A stretch of 64,000 bases of DNA. It comes from Octopus vulgaris (lineage: Eukaryota). Below, in pieces: positions 13,230-26,991 of this stretch. Under the pieces are notes generated by a model that saw nothing but the letters and a program-made list of their open reading frames with translations, had not been told where the DNA came from and ran no database searches. The DNA lies in the NCBI GenBank assembly GCA_951406725.2, contig OX597823.1, positions 70,246,001 to 70,310,000 of the forward strand, read 5' to 3'. How positions within the stretch are numbered: position 1 is the first letter of the stretch; every line of letters begins with the position of its first letter. Made by a program: the position numbers and the translations under genes.

Positions 13230-15500
13230 ACTTTCTTCAACGCTTATGCTAGCTGTGGTACCCATTGTAGATCTTCATAGAGCAACATAGAATTGTCCAT
13301 GTGTTGAGCAGCTGAGGAACACTAACCTATCTATTAAATGGCTAACATTAAAATTTATTGGCTGTCATAGCAAACTCCACTCACATTACAAGATGTAATT
13401 GCATAAGGATGATAACTGCGAGGCGTTTGAATGTTTCAGTTTAATTCTTAACACAGTGAAACTTTTATAATGTTCACCTTTTGTAAATATATCACCTTCC
13501 GTCAAGTGTTCAAGTAAATTCAAATTATTGTTCAATTGCAAAACCAATTAGCCTAATTTAAATCTCCCAGAAGCATTACATTGTATCTCTTTTCCCAGGT
13601 GAAAGTTGGTGGAAGAGCTTCGCCAAAGTTAGAATTCTCTAAGAACTAAATTGGATAATTGTATTGATTATCTTCACGATCATGGGAATTGATGTGTTTA
13701 AATATGAATGTTTCACTGTCAATATGTTGATAATTTCTTCATTTATAAAAGCAACCACAGTATCAAGGCTTTCATAGACTTGAGTTTTCTTTATGAAAGA
13801 AAATGGAAGGAAGCTATAGATATCAAAGGAAGTTGTCATGATGCATTTGGTTCATTGAGCCTTGAAAACATTCTGTTCTTGTAGAGTATTTTGAAGAACG
13901 GTACTGTTCTTTTTCAGTTTGCAATAACTATTGGTATCGTACTCTTGTGACTGAAATATTTCAAAATCATTGATCTGATGCAGTATCTTGTATGCATAAT
14001 AGTATATCTGTATATGTTTTTGTTATTATTCATATCCATGAGAATTATACCCCAAACTTTTCTCCCCTTTTGCAAAACAAGAGAACAAAATATAATTAAT
14101 CATAATCCTGATTAAAGTTGATCAAATTGCTGCAACCTTAATCATGTTCACATAAAAAACAATACCATACTGTCATTCTGTTCCAAGTATAATGATTGCT
14201 ATTTTAGCAGTAAAACTATAGTTTACTGCAGTTAGTAAAAGATATGTGATATGCAGCTGTTAAACAACTAATTGTGCTCTACAATAGCTCTGTAGCATAA
14301 GCATAATTCACATTTGTTGGCCAATTTGAATGTCAGATTCATGGATGTGGATTTGGGTAAACAATGCAGTCTTATCAGAAGCAATAGTGAAATTGATAAA
14401 AGATCATCTACACCACTTTAAATAGTCCTTGTATAATCTCTTTCAACCCAAATCCCAACCATAGTTTGTATTGTCTAATGGGAAACTAAACATTGAGTAG
14501 CAATTTGAGGTAGCTTGAATTTTTTTCTTTTGTACAAAAAGTTGAAACTGGATCGTGTGAACTATGTGTTGTGTGTAATTTTATCTGTAAATATATTTGA
14601 CACTCCATAGTATGTGACATACATACAACACAGATGGTGCTTGTGTACTTGCAGGAAACTATCTTCAGAATTAGCTCCCAGATTCCTTTAAATTCTCTTT
14701 ATTATGAAAGTATAACAAGATGGTTTCACCACTACTCCCTTGCTTTATGTGCATTTTTTTATGACTGCATTGCTGCACAAATTAATCAAAGATGTAGCAC
14801 GCTCAAATTTCTGTTACAGGGTATTCTTCTCTGTTAGAATATTTGTTGTAAAAATATCTTCATGAGTACACATGAATTGCTTTTGTGCATATTTGCAAGC
14901 TTCAATTATCATCTCTTTGTCCTTTCCACTTCCATTTTCTTCTCACTGTCCTTCTCTCTCTCCCCCTCCCCCCATCTCTCTCTGTATGCGTCAGCAGTGT
15001 CTGTTTCTTTTCAGCTGCTTTTTTTTTTCTTTCCAATGGTTCAAGACAACAAAAGTTGTCTTGATAGGTAAAAGGTTTATATCCTTCAACTGATCTTCAG
15101 GTAAATCTTGTTAATATTCAGATCCATTATGACAATAGCATCACATGTTTGTTTGATGACTATTGTATCATTGTTTTGGAGATGTTTAAGAGTGGAAATT
15201 TGGAAAGGAAATACTGGTTTAGATAAGTATTTCTTCTATTTGACGAAGTGGGTGAATTTTAGTTTGTTCCTTATCAGGGATTAATCTACATCACTATTTT
15301 TATTGATGAAAACCACAATCAATTATAATTTTTGACAGAATTCTGGGACAACCTTCTATAGTTTTTGATAGTTGATTGTTTGTGTTGGTGTTATTTTAAC
15401 CCACTTGCCAAAAGTTGAAATTCATCATTAAATAAATTCTTTTTTCAATATATTTATAATTTTAAGGTTTTTTTTATTCAATTGTTTTGGAAGTTTTCTC
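13230..15500 (-). mobile_element. Heavily decayed PLE-like reverse transcriptase remnant
   Basis: SFDIYSFL (RT 'FD..SL' motif) in ORF 13639-13839 and an STMGT-like motif near 13260; boundaries uncertain. Confidence 0.35.
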
Positions 15501-15579
15501 TTGTGTTTTTCCTTTTTTCAGTATTTGTTGTCCTGACATTAAAAAAATTAATTCTTCTTGTTGACTTTTACTTAATGTT

Positions 15580-16655
15580 TGGCAAATGCTCAGGGGCAAT
15601 GAACACTGAAAATGTGCAGAAAACAGCCTCCGTCACATTCTAGGAAAAAAACTTCCATTACCAAGTCAGTAGTGGGGGTGGTTGCTTTGAGAATGTAACT
15701 ACTAGAATAAGAATAGCCTGGGCAAAGTTCAGAAAGCTCCTACCTCTGCTGGTGACAAAGGGCTTCTCACTTTGAGTAAAAGGCAGACTATATGATGCAT
15801 ATGTGCAAACGGCCATGCTACATGGCAGTGAAACATGGGCTGTGACTGTTGAGGACATGCATAAGCTTGCAAGGAATGAAGCTAGTATGCTCTGCTGGAT
15901 GTGTAATGTCAGTGTGCATACATGACAGAGTGTAAACATCCTGAGAGAAAAGTTGGACATCAGATGTGGTGTGCAAGATAGACAACTGTGCTGGTATGGT
16001 CATGTGTTGCATATGGATGAGGATAGCTGGGTGAAAAAGTATCACACCCTAGCAGTAGAGGGAACCTGTGGAAGAGGTAGACCCAAGAAGACCTGGGATG
16101 AGGTGGTGAAGCACAACCTACAATTGTTGGGCCTCACCGAGGCAATGACAAGTGACTAAGACCTTTGGAGATATGCTGTGCTTGAGAAGACCTGGCAAGC
16201 CAAGTGGGACTGTAACTGTGGCCTATGCCAGTGCAGCATAACCAGCCCATTTAAGAGCACCCTTCAATCATTGAGCAATAAACTGCACTTGTGAAGACCA
16301 TTGGGGTGTGGTTGATGCCAGTGCTAGCTGACTGGTCCCACGCTGATGGCATGTAAAAAACACCTTTTGAGTGTGGTTGTTACCCATGCCGGTGGTATGT
16401 AAAATGCACCATTTGAGCGTAACCAATGCTAGTACTGCCTGACTGGCCCTCGTGCCGATGGCTTGTAAAAAACACCCAATACACTCTCAGAGTGGTTGGC
16501 GTTAGGAAGGGCATTCAGCTGTAGAAACATTGCCAAATCGGACTGGAGCCTGGTGTGGCCTTCTGGCTCGCCAACCCTCAGTCAAACTATTCAACCCATG
16601 CCAGCATGGAAAGTGGACATTAAACGACGACGATGATAATGGTGATGATGATGAA
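15580..16655 (+). mobile_element. RTE LINE 3' end with UTR and (GAT)n tail
   Basis: QLCWYGHVLHMDEDSWVKK..GRGRPKKTWDEVV; ends CCATGCCAGCATGGAAAGTGGACATTAAACGACGACGATGAT. Confidence 0.88.
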
Positions 16656-17974
16656 CTGTGTTCTGATCATAGTTTATTTTACCTTGTTTTGTTGCATTCT
16701 CTGTCCTGTTTTGGGTATTCAATCTATTATTTGTCCTTTCAATACTGTGTTTAACTACTAGGGAAAATAATCTAGGCTTATTTCTGAATCTAGAGTTGCT
16801 TTTCATCTAGTTCTTTACAAATAATCTTTGTTGAGATCTTGAAAATGGCTTGTCATTCTCCAGAGTTTTTAGACCTGTTTTGGTTTAGATACATTTTATG
16901 CATATTAGAATGTTTCTTTACATTTTGTAGTAAAGTAGAGTTCTTACAGTAGTTTGTAGTAGATTCAGCAAGAGACAATTGTTTTTCATTGCTATGTGTG
17001 GTAGCACATGTTACATTGATTAAAGAGCTTTTTATATATTTTGAGGTAGTGGGAAGGCTTTACCATAATATTCAGCATATTCAGGAGGGAGACCAAAGAA
17101 GACTTTGGATAAGGTGGTGAAAACTGACCTTCAGACATTACATGTGACAAAGGAGTTGACTGGTAGTACGTGGTGTTGCAGAACAACCGATCTTCTCTGC
17201 AAGCATAGTGTATGCACCCCATCCATTTGCTTTGCCTATTCTGTACCCTTTGGACATGCATCCCCATCTGCATCCATCTCTTGTCCATTCCATGCCCTCT
17301 CACACCACAATCGTTTATTCTCCTAATTGTTGTACTTGTCCTGTATTTTCTCATCCCTTCTACTCATTACATCACAAGACCCCATAACAGAGAGGAAAGT
17401 ACTGGGTTTGCACATATTGAATATTACCCCGCCCTGTTCCTCCACTACCTACATCTTGCTACTCTTCAAATCATAGGTTATGTTGCTTGAGCAAGGAAGG
17501 ATTGCAATGCTGGTGACTTTTATCCTCCTTCCCTGTCACCATGCTCTCATGGAAATGCCTAGAAACAGGTGAAGGACGGCAACAAGAAAGCCATCCAGCT
17601 GTAGAAAAACCTGCTTCAACAAATTTCATCTTACGCTAGCATGGAAATGTGAATATTAAAATGATTGTGATGAAGAGAATGAATATATATATTTAAAGGG
17701 GTTTGTATGATTGTGTATAGAGGGATATGTAATATTCAAAGGAATTCCAACTATATTTTATGTTTTATTTATATTCTTTATAATATTAATGTAGAATATA
17801 GAATATATAGTATAAATAATATATATATAGTAAAATGAAATGAAGTATTGATAGTCTTATTGAATATAAAATATTAAGGGACTAGTATACTTTCTTGCAT
17901 TAAAGCAGTCTTCAAGGTCCCAGGTTGTGACAGGAGTGTTTCAACTGTGTATATATATATATATATATATATGC

Positions 17975-19040
17975 TGGATGTGCAATGTGAGTGTGCATTA
18001 GTACAAAGATGCTGAGTGAAAAACTAGGCATTACAGGAATCTGATGTAGTGTGCAATAAAGAAGATTGTGCTGGTATGGACATATGATGGGTATGAATGA
18101 AGACAGCCAGATAGGGAAGTGCTGATTGCTAAATGTGGCTGGAAATTGCAGAAGGAGACTCAGGAAGGTATGGGGTGAAGTGATTAAAGTTGACCTCAAG
18201 ACCCTGAGCCTGATGGAGGAGATGATAAAAGACTGGGATCTCTGGCAATATATGGCTCTTGAAAAGACCTGCCCTCATCAGCAAAACTAGGTTTTTGAAG
18301 TGTTACATATTGCACTCATCCATCCTCCCACGCCTTAAGTCTGCCTCTCCTACCACCCAGGTCCTGCAGACTACTACTATGTTATTTCTCTCTCTTTCTC
18401 TTGTCCTCCATCTTTTGACAGCCATATCATATTTACCATTCTTGTTGCTTTTCCCGCCACCCACCCACTCTCTTCTGCATCTCTCTATCTTCCCCCAAAC
18501 TCACAGTTCCTTGCTCGTCTACCCTTCAATCTTAACCATTTTGGCAATCTGCCTCATCATCCCTTCATTCTCCTTCCTGTAAAAATTTGCAAACCAATTC
18601 ATCAACTCACCTTGTGGGACCACCTTTGTAAGCCATCACCATTATCTGTCTATTGCAGCTCCTACTGTTAATTTTCTTTTTCTCTTCCCTTCCCCTACAA
18701 GATGTTAATAGCTAGGCAGATCCTCTACAAGAACCAGCACTGCCCTCCTCTCACAGTTCAATGCCCTTATCCACTAGTATGAAGCTCCCCCACCTCCCAA
18801 CCCATCAGGGTCTGTAGTTCTGTGAGCTGCATGGCAACCTCTATAGTGCAGGTGGCACAAAAAGAGCACCCCATCAATGCTGTAAAGTGGTTGGCATCAA
18901 GAAGGTCATCCAGCTGTAGAAACTATGCCAAAACAGACACTAGAACATGATACAGTCCTTGGACACATCAGATCCAGTCAAACCATCCAACCCATGCCAG
19001 CATGGAACATGGACATTAAATGATGATAATGATGATGAAA
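17975..19040 (+). mobile_element. Older RTE LINE 3' end (a similar remnant lies at about 17085-17675)
   Basis: gattgtgctggtatggacat (RLCWYGH) segment and the same CCATGCCAGCATGG...ATTAAATGATGAT tail. Confidence 0.75.
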
Positions 19041-19976
19041 TATATACATATATATATATGAAAGTGGAAATAGATAAATAGATGTGCTAGGTGTGCAACA
19101 AATTACCATTTAAGGTTATGGCTCTGGATAGTATCCACATTAAACATTAAACTCCATCTGCTGTGTGATCCAGAGGAACATGCATACAATATGAGGGTAA
19201 TGTATAGTGTGAACAGCACATGTAGCATGGGAGAATAACAAGAAGCAAGTTGTAGGTAATTTGTTTATACATTACTCTTGCTTCAGCAACTGATAATCAA
19301 GATCCATGATTGATCTGATCAAATATAATTTTGCTGCCTAATCACAAATATATATAATTTGTGATTGGGTAGCAATCTGGCCGAATCATTAGCATGCTGA
19401 GTAAAATGTTTAGCAACATTTTGTTCATCTTTAGGTTCTGAGTTCAAATTTTGTGGAGGTCAACTTTGCCTTCCATCTTTTTGGAGTCGACAAAATTAGC
19501 AACAGTTGAACACCAAGGTTGGTGTAATTGATTTAACCCCTTCCCCAAAATTGCTAGCCTTGTGCTCAAATTCAGTTTTAATATATAATTTGTGATTATT
19601 CATCAATCTTGATTATCAATTGCTGAAGTGAGTGTAATGTCCATGGAAAATAACAAAATACTAACAACTTGCTTCCTGTTATTCTCTCATACTGTATGTA
19701 TGCATGTATAAGTATATATATAATGTGTATATATGTATATATACACACATACATACAAATATGTATGCATTCATATATAAAAACACATATACACACACAC
19801 ATACATGAGTGTATGTGAGTGTGGTGAGTGTGGCAAAAACACCTCAAAATTATAAAACTTCAAGGCAAATATTGAAATGTATAAGAAAAAATGTACAAGA
19901 GAAAAATATATAAAAAATGCAAGCAAAATATGAAGAATTTTATATAATCATTCATAAATATGTGAATTATAATTGA

Positions 19977-20087
19977 TATCGTGAAAATAATTTGCATAAT
20001 TTTCTTATTAACATATCATGAAAATAATTTGCATAATTTTCTTATTAACATATCATGAAAATAATTTGCATAATTTTCTTATTAACA
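19977..20087. repeat. 37-bp tandem repeat, three copies
   Basis: tatc(g/a)tgaaaataatttgcataattttcttattaaca repeated three times. Confidence 0.95.
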
Positions 20088-20834
20088 TATTTGTATTATA
20101 TTTAAATCTTTTTGAAGTGGATTTTTAGAGCAAAAATTTTCCAAAACGTTTTGCACCTTGGAAGTTAATAAAATGACAGAACAGTAGTCAATGTGTTCGT
20201 GATTTATAATCTGTTATTGGTTCTTCAGTGTGTATCTCACAATGAAATTCCAAAAGACCATCTATAGCATTAACTGGATGTTATAACAAGAATATGTATT
20301 GTGTAACTGACAAGTATTTTGTTGTGTTGTTGTACAGCGCTTGGCTCAAATCCAAAGATAAGTTTAATTCAAAAAGGATGAATTTGAACAAGTATATAAA
20401 TGTCTTCAATTGCTTCAACCAACTGAACGGGTTACAGAATATTATTTTCTTCCAAATACTCCAAGAATTATATCACAATATCAACATACACGCACATGCA
20501 CACAAAAAACACGGATATTTATAAGTATGTGATTTAAGATTTGCGGTAATATTCATTTTGAAACAGAAATAATTTATTGCATCAGCTGTTTTTCTTAACT
20601 TTTCTTAGCGCTATATACTATAGGAATTACATTTACATCTTTTTTTCTTCTCATAATTGTTATTTAAAATGCCACAATTTCTTTTCAATGATTATGTATA
20701 TAAGTTGAAAATGAAAAATCAACCAAGTTAATAACGTGGAAAACAAAATCTAGTATGGGATATCCAATATTGACAAAAGCTGAATGACACAACATTCCAG
20801 AATATAAAAATACACAGGAAAAAAGTTAACTTAC

Positions 20835-20926
20835 CAGTAGATTGAGCAATTGAGGTAAGTTGAGTTGATTGCTTGATAAGGGATACTCGGTAAAAGTAGT
20901 TTCGCCAGAAGTTCTCCTCATTAATT
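20835..20926 (-). CDS. SYAP1: SYAP1 exon, BSD domain FW motif ([30 protein letters not shown])
   Basis: 92 bp. The first A completes the split CA|A Gln codon. [15 protein letters not shown] is the BSD signature; G|gtaagt donor; AAG acceptor. Confidence 0.95.
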
Positions 20927-21095
20927 CTTTCATCAGAGCGAGGACAGAAAAATTGAATGATTTGAAAGAAATTAGTATCTTTAACAGAATGATATAATAT
21001 TTTATTTAAATTAGGTTTTTAGAAAAAAAAAAGGAAAAAAAGGAAACCAATGAGAATGACAGAAAACTAAATGCAAGAACAATTTTTTTTTTGTT

Positions 21096-21490
21096 GGCTG
21101 TGTGGTAAGTAGCTTGTTTACCAACCACATGGTTCTGGGTTCAGTCCCACTGCATGGCACCTTGGGCAAGTGTCTTCTACTATAGCCTTGGGCTGACCAA
21201 AGCCTTGTGAGTGGATTTGGTAGACAGAAACTGAAAGAAGCCCGTTATATATATATGTATATATATGTGTGTGTGTGTGTGTGCATTTGTCCAATCCATG
21301 CTAGCATGGAAAGCAGACATTAAACGATGATGATGATGATGATGTATGTATGTGTGTGTGTGTGTGTGTATGTTTGTGTGTCTGTGTTTGACCCCCCCCC
21401 CCCAACATCGCTTGACAATCGATGCTGGTGTGTTTACGTTCCCATCACTTAGCGGTTCAGCAAGAGGGACTGATAGAATAAGTACTAGCA
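21096..21490 (+). mobile_element. SINE family A copy with a nested RTE tail
   Basis: ggctgtgtggtaag..gggttcagtcccactgcatggcaccttgggcaagtgtc; CCATGCTAGCATGG..(GAT)n inserted at about 21290-21345. Confidence 0.8.
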
Positions 21491-21714
21491 GCCTCTGTAT
21501 TAGCACTGGCAATTTCACCAGTTGTTTTATGTAATGTAAATTAAAGAACTTCTTAAGCCTTTCAAACCAGCCTTTATTGGTCAGAAAACGCTTTTATTAT
21601 AAGCTTAATCTAAGTTTTTCTGCAAATCATCATACAAACTTTTGTCATTATACATAAAGGCACATTACATCAAATCTGATCCTCAATTCATACACACAAG
21701 TTACCCCATTTTAC

Positions 21715-21929
21715 CCCTTTTATTACCAACCCGGCAGAAACTGGCTCTGAGTACAAATGACTTGTTTTTATAAGTTTTTAATTAAAATCTTCTACCAAAC
21801 CTTAGTCATAATTTATGTTCCTAACACTAGCTGAATGATAACTAAGCTATTTTACTAAATTCTTTGTTATATTTAAAATTAATTGAAAGAAACAGAGAGC
21901 ATCTCGAAATAAATACAGTAACGAAAGGG
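21715..21929. mobile_element. piggyBac-like MITE
   Basis: Imperfect TIR CCCTTTTATTAC / GTAACGAAAGGG with degenerate TTAA flanks. Confidence 0.6.
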
Positions 21930-22700
21930 TAAAGCATCACATTTGATCTATGAAAAAATAAGTTTCAAGCAATTAAGGAACTTGACTTTATTTTTCTCAG
22001 TTGTCATGCATTGTGTCTACTGAAGACATTGCAAGATTTAGTGTTTTCATAATGTAGCTGATCTATTGCTCCCACATCAAGCCTTTTTGAAACATCAAGT
22101 TTAATATCCAGTGTAATTCGTTTTTCGGTTTCTTTCTGTAGAATTGTCTTCTGTTCCACAGCTTGAATAATAAGGTAAATCCAACAGCAGTGGTGATCAA
22201 AATTAATCAACTACAAATAAGTAGTAGTAGAATAAAAGAGAACTAGGAGAAAACTGTTTTGTGAATGCAAAGAATAGGTGGATGTAAGAATGGAAGTGAG
22301 ATGAAAGGAGTACAACAGAAAGAGGTAGGAGGAAGTGCAGTATGATTACACTTAGTTGGAGGGTTACCACAGTCATGGCACTGTACCCCTTGTACCTCTG
22401 ATTTGAGCCACAAAAACTCCACTCCCTACTCTCTCTCTCTCACACACACTGTTGAGTTGATACACAAATGTAGCCCCAGACATTGTTACCACTATTATTA
22501 TTTTCATATGAATATATTATATGAAGGTACTGTGAACAAAAAGTAAACACTGAGTTGTAGGATTTCTCTCACAAAAAGACAAGATGGTGGGCTGGTAGAA
22601 TCAACAGAATGTCAGTAAAAATGCCTTGTGATATTTTTCTAATTTTCTACATTCTGAGTTCAAATTCCACTAGGGTAAACATGCTTTTCAGTTCATTTAT

Positions 22701-22985
22701 GTTTGTTCCTTCTTGAGCCATCCCTGGCTCATAGGGCTGGTTTCCTTGGTCTATAAGTTCCCCACCTGGATGGGACACCAGTTCGTCACAGGTGAGCTGC
22801 AAGATGCAGGAGGAAAGAGTGAGAGAAAGTTGTGGCAAAAGAGTCAGCAGAAGTTCACCATTACCTTCTGCCGGAGCCGCATGGAGCTTAGGTGTTTTGC
22901 TCATAAACACACAGATCACCCAGTCTGAGATTCAAGCCTGCAATCCCTCGACCGCTGCTCTAACCACTAGGCCATGTGCCTCCAC
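22701..22985 (-). mobile_element. tRNA-headed SINE (family D) inserted into a Deu-domain SINE
   Basis: Head gtggaggcacatggcctagtggttagagc; 13-bp TSD TCAGTTCATTTAT at 22688-22700 and 22986-22998. Confidence 0.8.
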
Positions 22986-23479
22986 TCAGTTCATTTATAG
23001 TGACCTATAATAAAATATCAGTCAACTAAGGAGTCAATGGTATCAACTAAGTCCCTCCTCTCCAAATTGCTGGCCTTGTACCTCAATCAGAAACCCCTTT
23101 TTTTTTCACAAAAAGTATTTTACAATACTTTTGAAGTATCAGTACTAGACAAAATATTTGTGATACTTGACAGGGAAATAGAGGAAAAAAATTGTCGATA
23201 ACATCAATTCCAATATCAACAATGTCAAACAAAGTTGATAAGAAGAGTAATTTAATTCAGAATGTAAAGTGAGATAATGTATTTTTCTAACTTTAGTCTC
23301 TTAGCATACACACACTAATACAAGGTAAACATACATATAGATTCAGTTAATTGATTCCTTGCAAGAGCTAAATAAATTCGGTCAAGCTGTAAGGAAACTA
23401 CAACCTAATATGAATACATTGTAGCATATTACAAAAGAAAGACAAGAAAAAAAAAGATAAAAGAAAGAAAGAAAAAACA

Positions 23480-26140
23480 TCAATGCAGCACCAAGTGCTT
23501 CAATTGGTTGCACACCACAAGGTTCAATGGAACCTATTGAAGCAAGCCAGCATGCTCATGGCATTACCTTAAGCAATGGCAAGGCTAAGGCATTGGAAAA
23601 GTCAAGCATCCTCACAGGTATCCCCTGTCACCTCAGTGGGGTGAGTTGCCAACAATGGCAAGAACTTCACAGATAATAGCTCAGTCCCTCCAAATGTCTC
23701 AAACACCACATGTTGGTAGAGATAGTTCACTGCCAGGCCCTGATACATCAGGGTTTTGGTTCTTTTTGTTTTATTGTGGATAACTTCGATCACTTGAATG
23801 GAATTTCTCCCCAATACGGTATATGGGGCAGAGCAGAGACCTCAACCAGAGATTTCACAGGTAAAGAGCAAATGTACAGATTTTTCCAGTAGGTAAGAAT
23901 GCTGGTTTAGGTGGAGAAGATACACTAGTATTGGAAAAATGGATAGATAACACAATCAGAGTAGCCAGAATATATGGTAGAATAATAAAGCCAATATATG
24001 AGGCACAGGTGTGGCTGTGTGGTAAGAAGCTTGCGAGCTGGCAGAAACGTTAGCACTCCGGGTGAAATGCTTAGCGGTATTTCGTCTGCCATTATGTTCT
24101 GAGTTCAAATTCCACCAAGGTTGACTTTGCCTTTCATCCTTTCGGGGTCAATAAATTAAGTACCAGTTACGCACTGGAGTCAATCTAATCGATTTAATCT
24201 CTTTGTCTGTCCTTGTTTGTCCCCTCTATGTTTAGCCCCTTGTGGGTAATAAAGAAATAAGAAGCTTGCTTCCCAACCACATGGCATGGTGCCTTGGGCA
24301 AATGTCTTCTACTGTAGCCTCAGGCCAACCAAAGCCTTGTGAGTGGATTTAGTAGACAGAAACTTGATGGTATGCACTGCTCTCTCACTCAATAATAATA
24401 ACAAAAATAATAGTTTCAGTTTTAGGCACAAGGCTGGAAATTTTGAAATGCACATCTATGTGCGTGTGTGGTAGTTGATATCGATGAACCCAAATATCAA
24501 ACGTCACCTACAGGTAATGTGGGAGAGAACTTTTTTCTTCACTCTCATCTCTTTTTCTAAATCTAACATAAAAAAAGGTAATAAAGTCTTGACTAAAGAG
24601 GAAAGTGTCTCTCTTCAGTTTTCTTAATCTTCTCCACTACACAACCTCTCTTGCCATAGGTACCAGACTGAAGAAAACTGCCAACCCAACCTTGTTAAAG
24701 AAGGGCATAGGAGCAACCATGATGGACTTGGCCAATAGCTGGATCTATCTTACACGTGACAACTGTTGTTTAATAACTTCAAAACTCAGCACTCCTTGAC
24801 AATGCACAAGTGTGTGCAATACAATTTCATTGCTCTGCACACATTTTGGACAATCCTATCTGACTGCACTTCTGTTCCTGTACAGTCATATCAAACTGGT
24901 AGTGTCCCTCAGTAGCATTAGCAAGCTAAGGATTTCTGGGAGTTATCCATAGTAGTTTCCAACACATAAGTCCTCCAGAACAGACCAGAGAGGTTGTGCT
25001 TGTCAATGATCAGAGTTTACCTGGATACATCAACCACTTTTACCCACCACAAAACCATTAAATATTATTAAAACAAAACTGCCAAATGCATTACCTGTCA
25101 AGTAATAGACAGTGAGTACCTAATAGCATTTCAGATACCAGGTGCCAAATATTGGTCTATTCTTGACCCAGGACCACAGTTCCGTCAAAAGGAAGAGCTA
25201 GAGATATATGTGCCTTACAAACAGAGACCACACTTGTTACAAATCTCTGCAAGTGGCATAGCCACAGCACATGTCTGAAAATTAGCAATCAAGGTAGGCC
25301 AAATCTATCAACCAAAGGATAATGGCAACAAATAAAGTGCCTAGCATGAGGAATGCATCCCATCCTCAGGAAGTGGTAGAGCAGATGCTCCAGTCTGATT
25401 AAACATAAGATGGGACACAAGGCATGCAGTCAGATAGTAAATAATGACAGAGGTATTTGGCATTTGCTAACTCAATCTTTCAGTGATAGCCTCCCCATTT
25501 CTGGATGATGCTAACCACTCTGCATATAACCTTCTCCCAGTTCCTGTTCACCTGGAAGGTCTGAATTGAACCAGACCCCAGCAGTTTAAGTAGTCTGTCC
25601 ATTCAGAGTCCTACAACACTGCCTGATGGTACAGACTTGCCTCTCTATGTACCAAGATTCAAGCCTGCTACCCTAAACTGATTTATCTTTGCTCATCCAT
25701 CACCTTGTATTCCTTAGAATGATGCCAATTTTCATGGTGTCTGACACCAATACAGTGGCAAAATTACAGTGAGATCTGTTTTGGCATATGCCAAAACCGA
25801 TCTTGTGCATTCCAGATCAATGGAATGCCTGTCAAAAGTTATAGCTTTTGCAGCAATGGCTGAAGAGCCAGTACATGTAGAAGAGATAAAAGAGGATAAT
25901 CCTGATGGATTGAGCATGCAATATGAAATGTTTCAAGGTGTGGCTGTATACTGACCACTGAATAAGTGCCAATGTACCTTCGAAAATAGATTCAAAACCA
26001 GGTGCTTTTAGGAAAGCAATCAATTAGTGATGGTTGGCCCTGTGAAAGTTTTTGATTGATCCAAATCAAAGACTGGCCCCCATCAAAACCAGGTTTATTT
26101 CTTCTAAAGCTTTGGCATAAGGTTTAGACAAATATAGAGT
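23480..26140 (-). mobile_element. Decayed L1/Tx1-like LINE (RT and C-terminal region), interrupted by SINEs
   Basis: Minus-strand DLDQSKTF (LDQ.KAFD), FLKAPGF and SVLAYA (SAYADD) remnants in the expected order; boundaries approximate. Confidence 0.6.
24035..24257 (+). mobile_element. Deu/Nin-domain tRNA SINE (family C) nested in a family A SINE
   Basis: GCCTTTCATCCTTTCGGGGTCAATAAATTAAGTACCAG domain; 12-bp TSD TAAGAAGCTTGC at 24023-24034 and 24258-24269. Other copies at about 19370-19575, 28480-28680, 28870-29055 and 48240-48440. Confidence 0.85.
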
Positions 26141-26851
26141 CACTTGTAAGTGACCCTTTATTATTAGACCCTTAAAAATGATGAGCAAAGTTGACCAAGT
26201 TGGCATCTGAGCTCAGGATGTAAAAACACATAAGTAAATTCTGCAAAGCATTTTTTCTGGTATTCTGTTATTTAAGTAGATTTCTTTTAAGTAGGCATAA
26301 AAACACATTTGAAAGAATAGGCACACAGTCAATGATTTAATCCCAGTAAATATAAGAAGGGTCTTTAAAAAACTTCATAAATCACATGGAAATATCAAAT
26401 TATATACTCCCAGTCTTTACTTTCTAACTCCCCTTCATATCCCTTTATTTTTAATAAGTATCATGATATTAGGCACTTCTACTTTCTCAATGTCACAATT
26501 CCAGCTTCATACTCACTCCTTATTTCTCACTGCACACTTAGAATTCAATTCCCAGTTGCCTTTCCATCATCCCTGATAATTGCAACATTTCATTTCTCAG
26601 ACTCAATACTGAACAGTTTTGCCTAATCTTTTCTCTCAAGGGAGAACTTTCATAATCATGTTTTTTACTCCAGCTAAACCTATAACATCCTTTTTATTGC
26701 CCCCAATCCCTTCTTCAACACCTACTCGGAAATCAGAGACAGACCAGACACTGCTCTGAGTCTCTAGATTAAACATTAAAACTCTCTTAGCAGTCACACC
26801 CCTTCACTTTCCATCACCAATACTAGCCTGCTTAACTATAGATATACTTAC

Positions 26852-26991
26852 TGTTTGGGCACCAACTCAAACCTCATTTTCTGAAGTTCAGGGTCTTCTT
26901 GTAGAGTTGCCATTGCAATTGGATAGACAGTATCAAAATCAAAACTGAACTGAACTCCCGCAGGAGGATTTCTTAGGAAATTTCTCTTGTC
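26852..26991 (-). CDS. SYAP1: SYAP1 exon, start of BSD domain ([46 protein letters not shown])
   Basis: Not in the ORF track; translated by hand. 140 bp, tttttacag acceptor, CA|gtaagt donor; DKRNFLR.PPAGVQF and MRF.LVPK motifs. Confidence 0.95.

Noticed and set aside
19977-20087. CRISPR-like 37-bp repeats
   Set aside because: The units are directly adjacent with no spacers, and the context is eukaryotic.
20930-20936. CTGATGA on the minus strand at the splice acceptor (HHR core or snoRNA box)
   Set aside because: No paired stem II with GAAA, and no C box or terminal stem was found.
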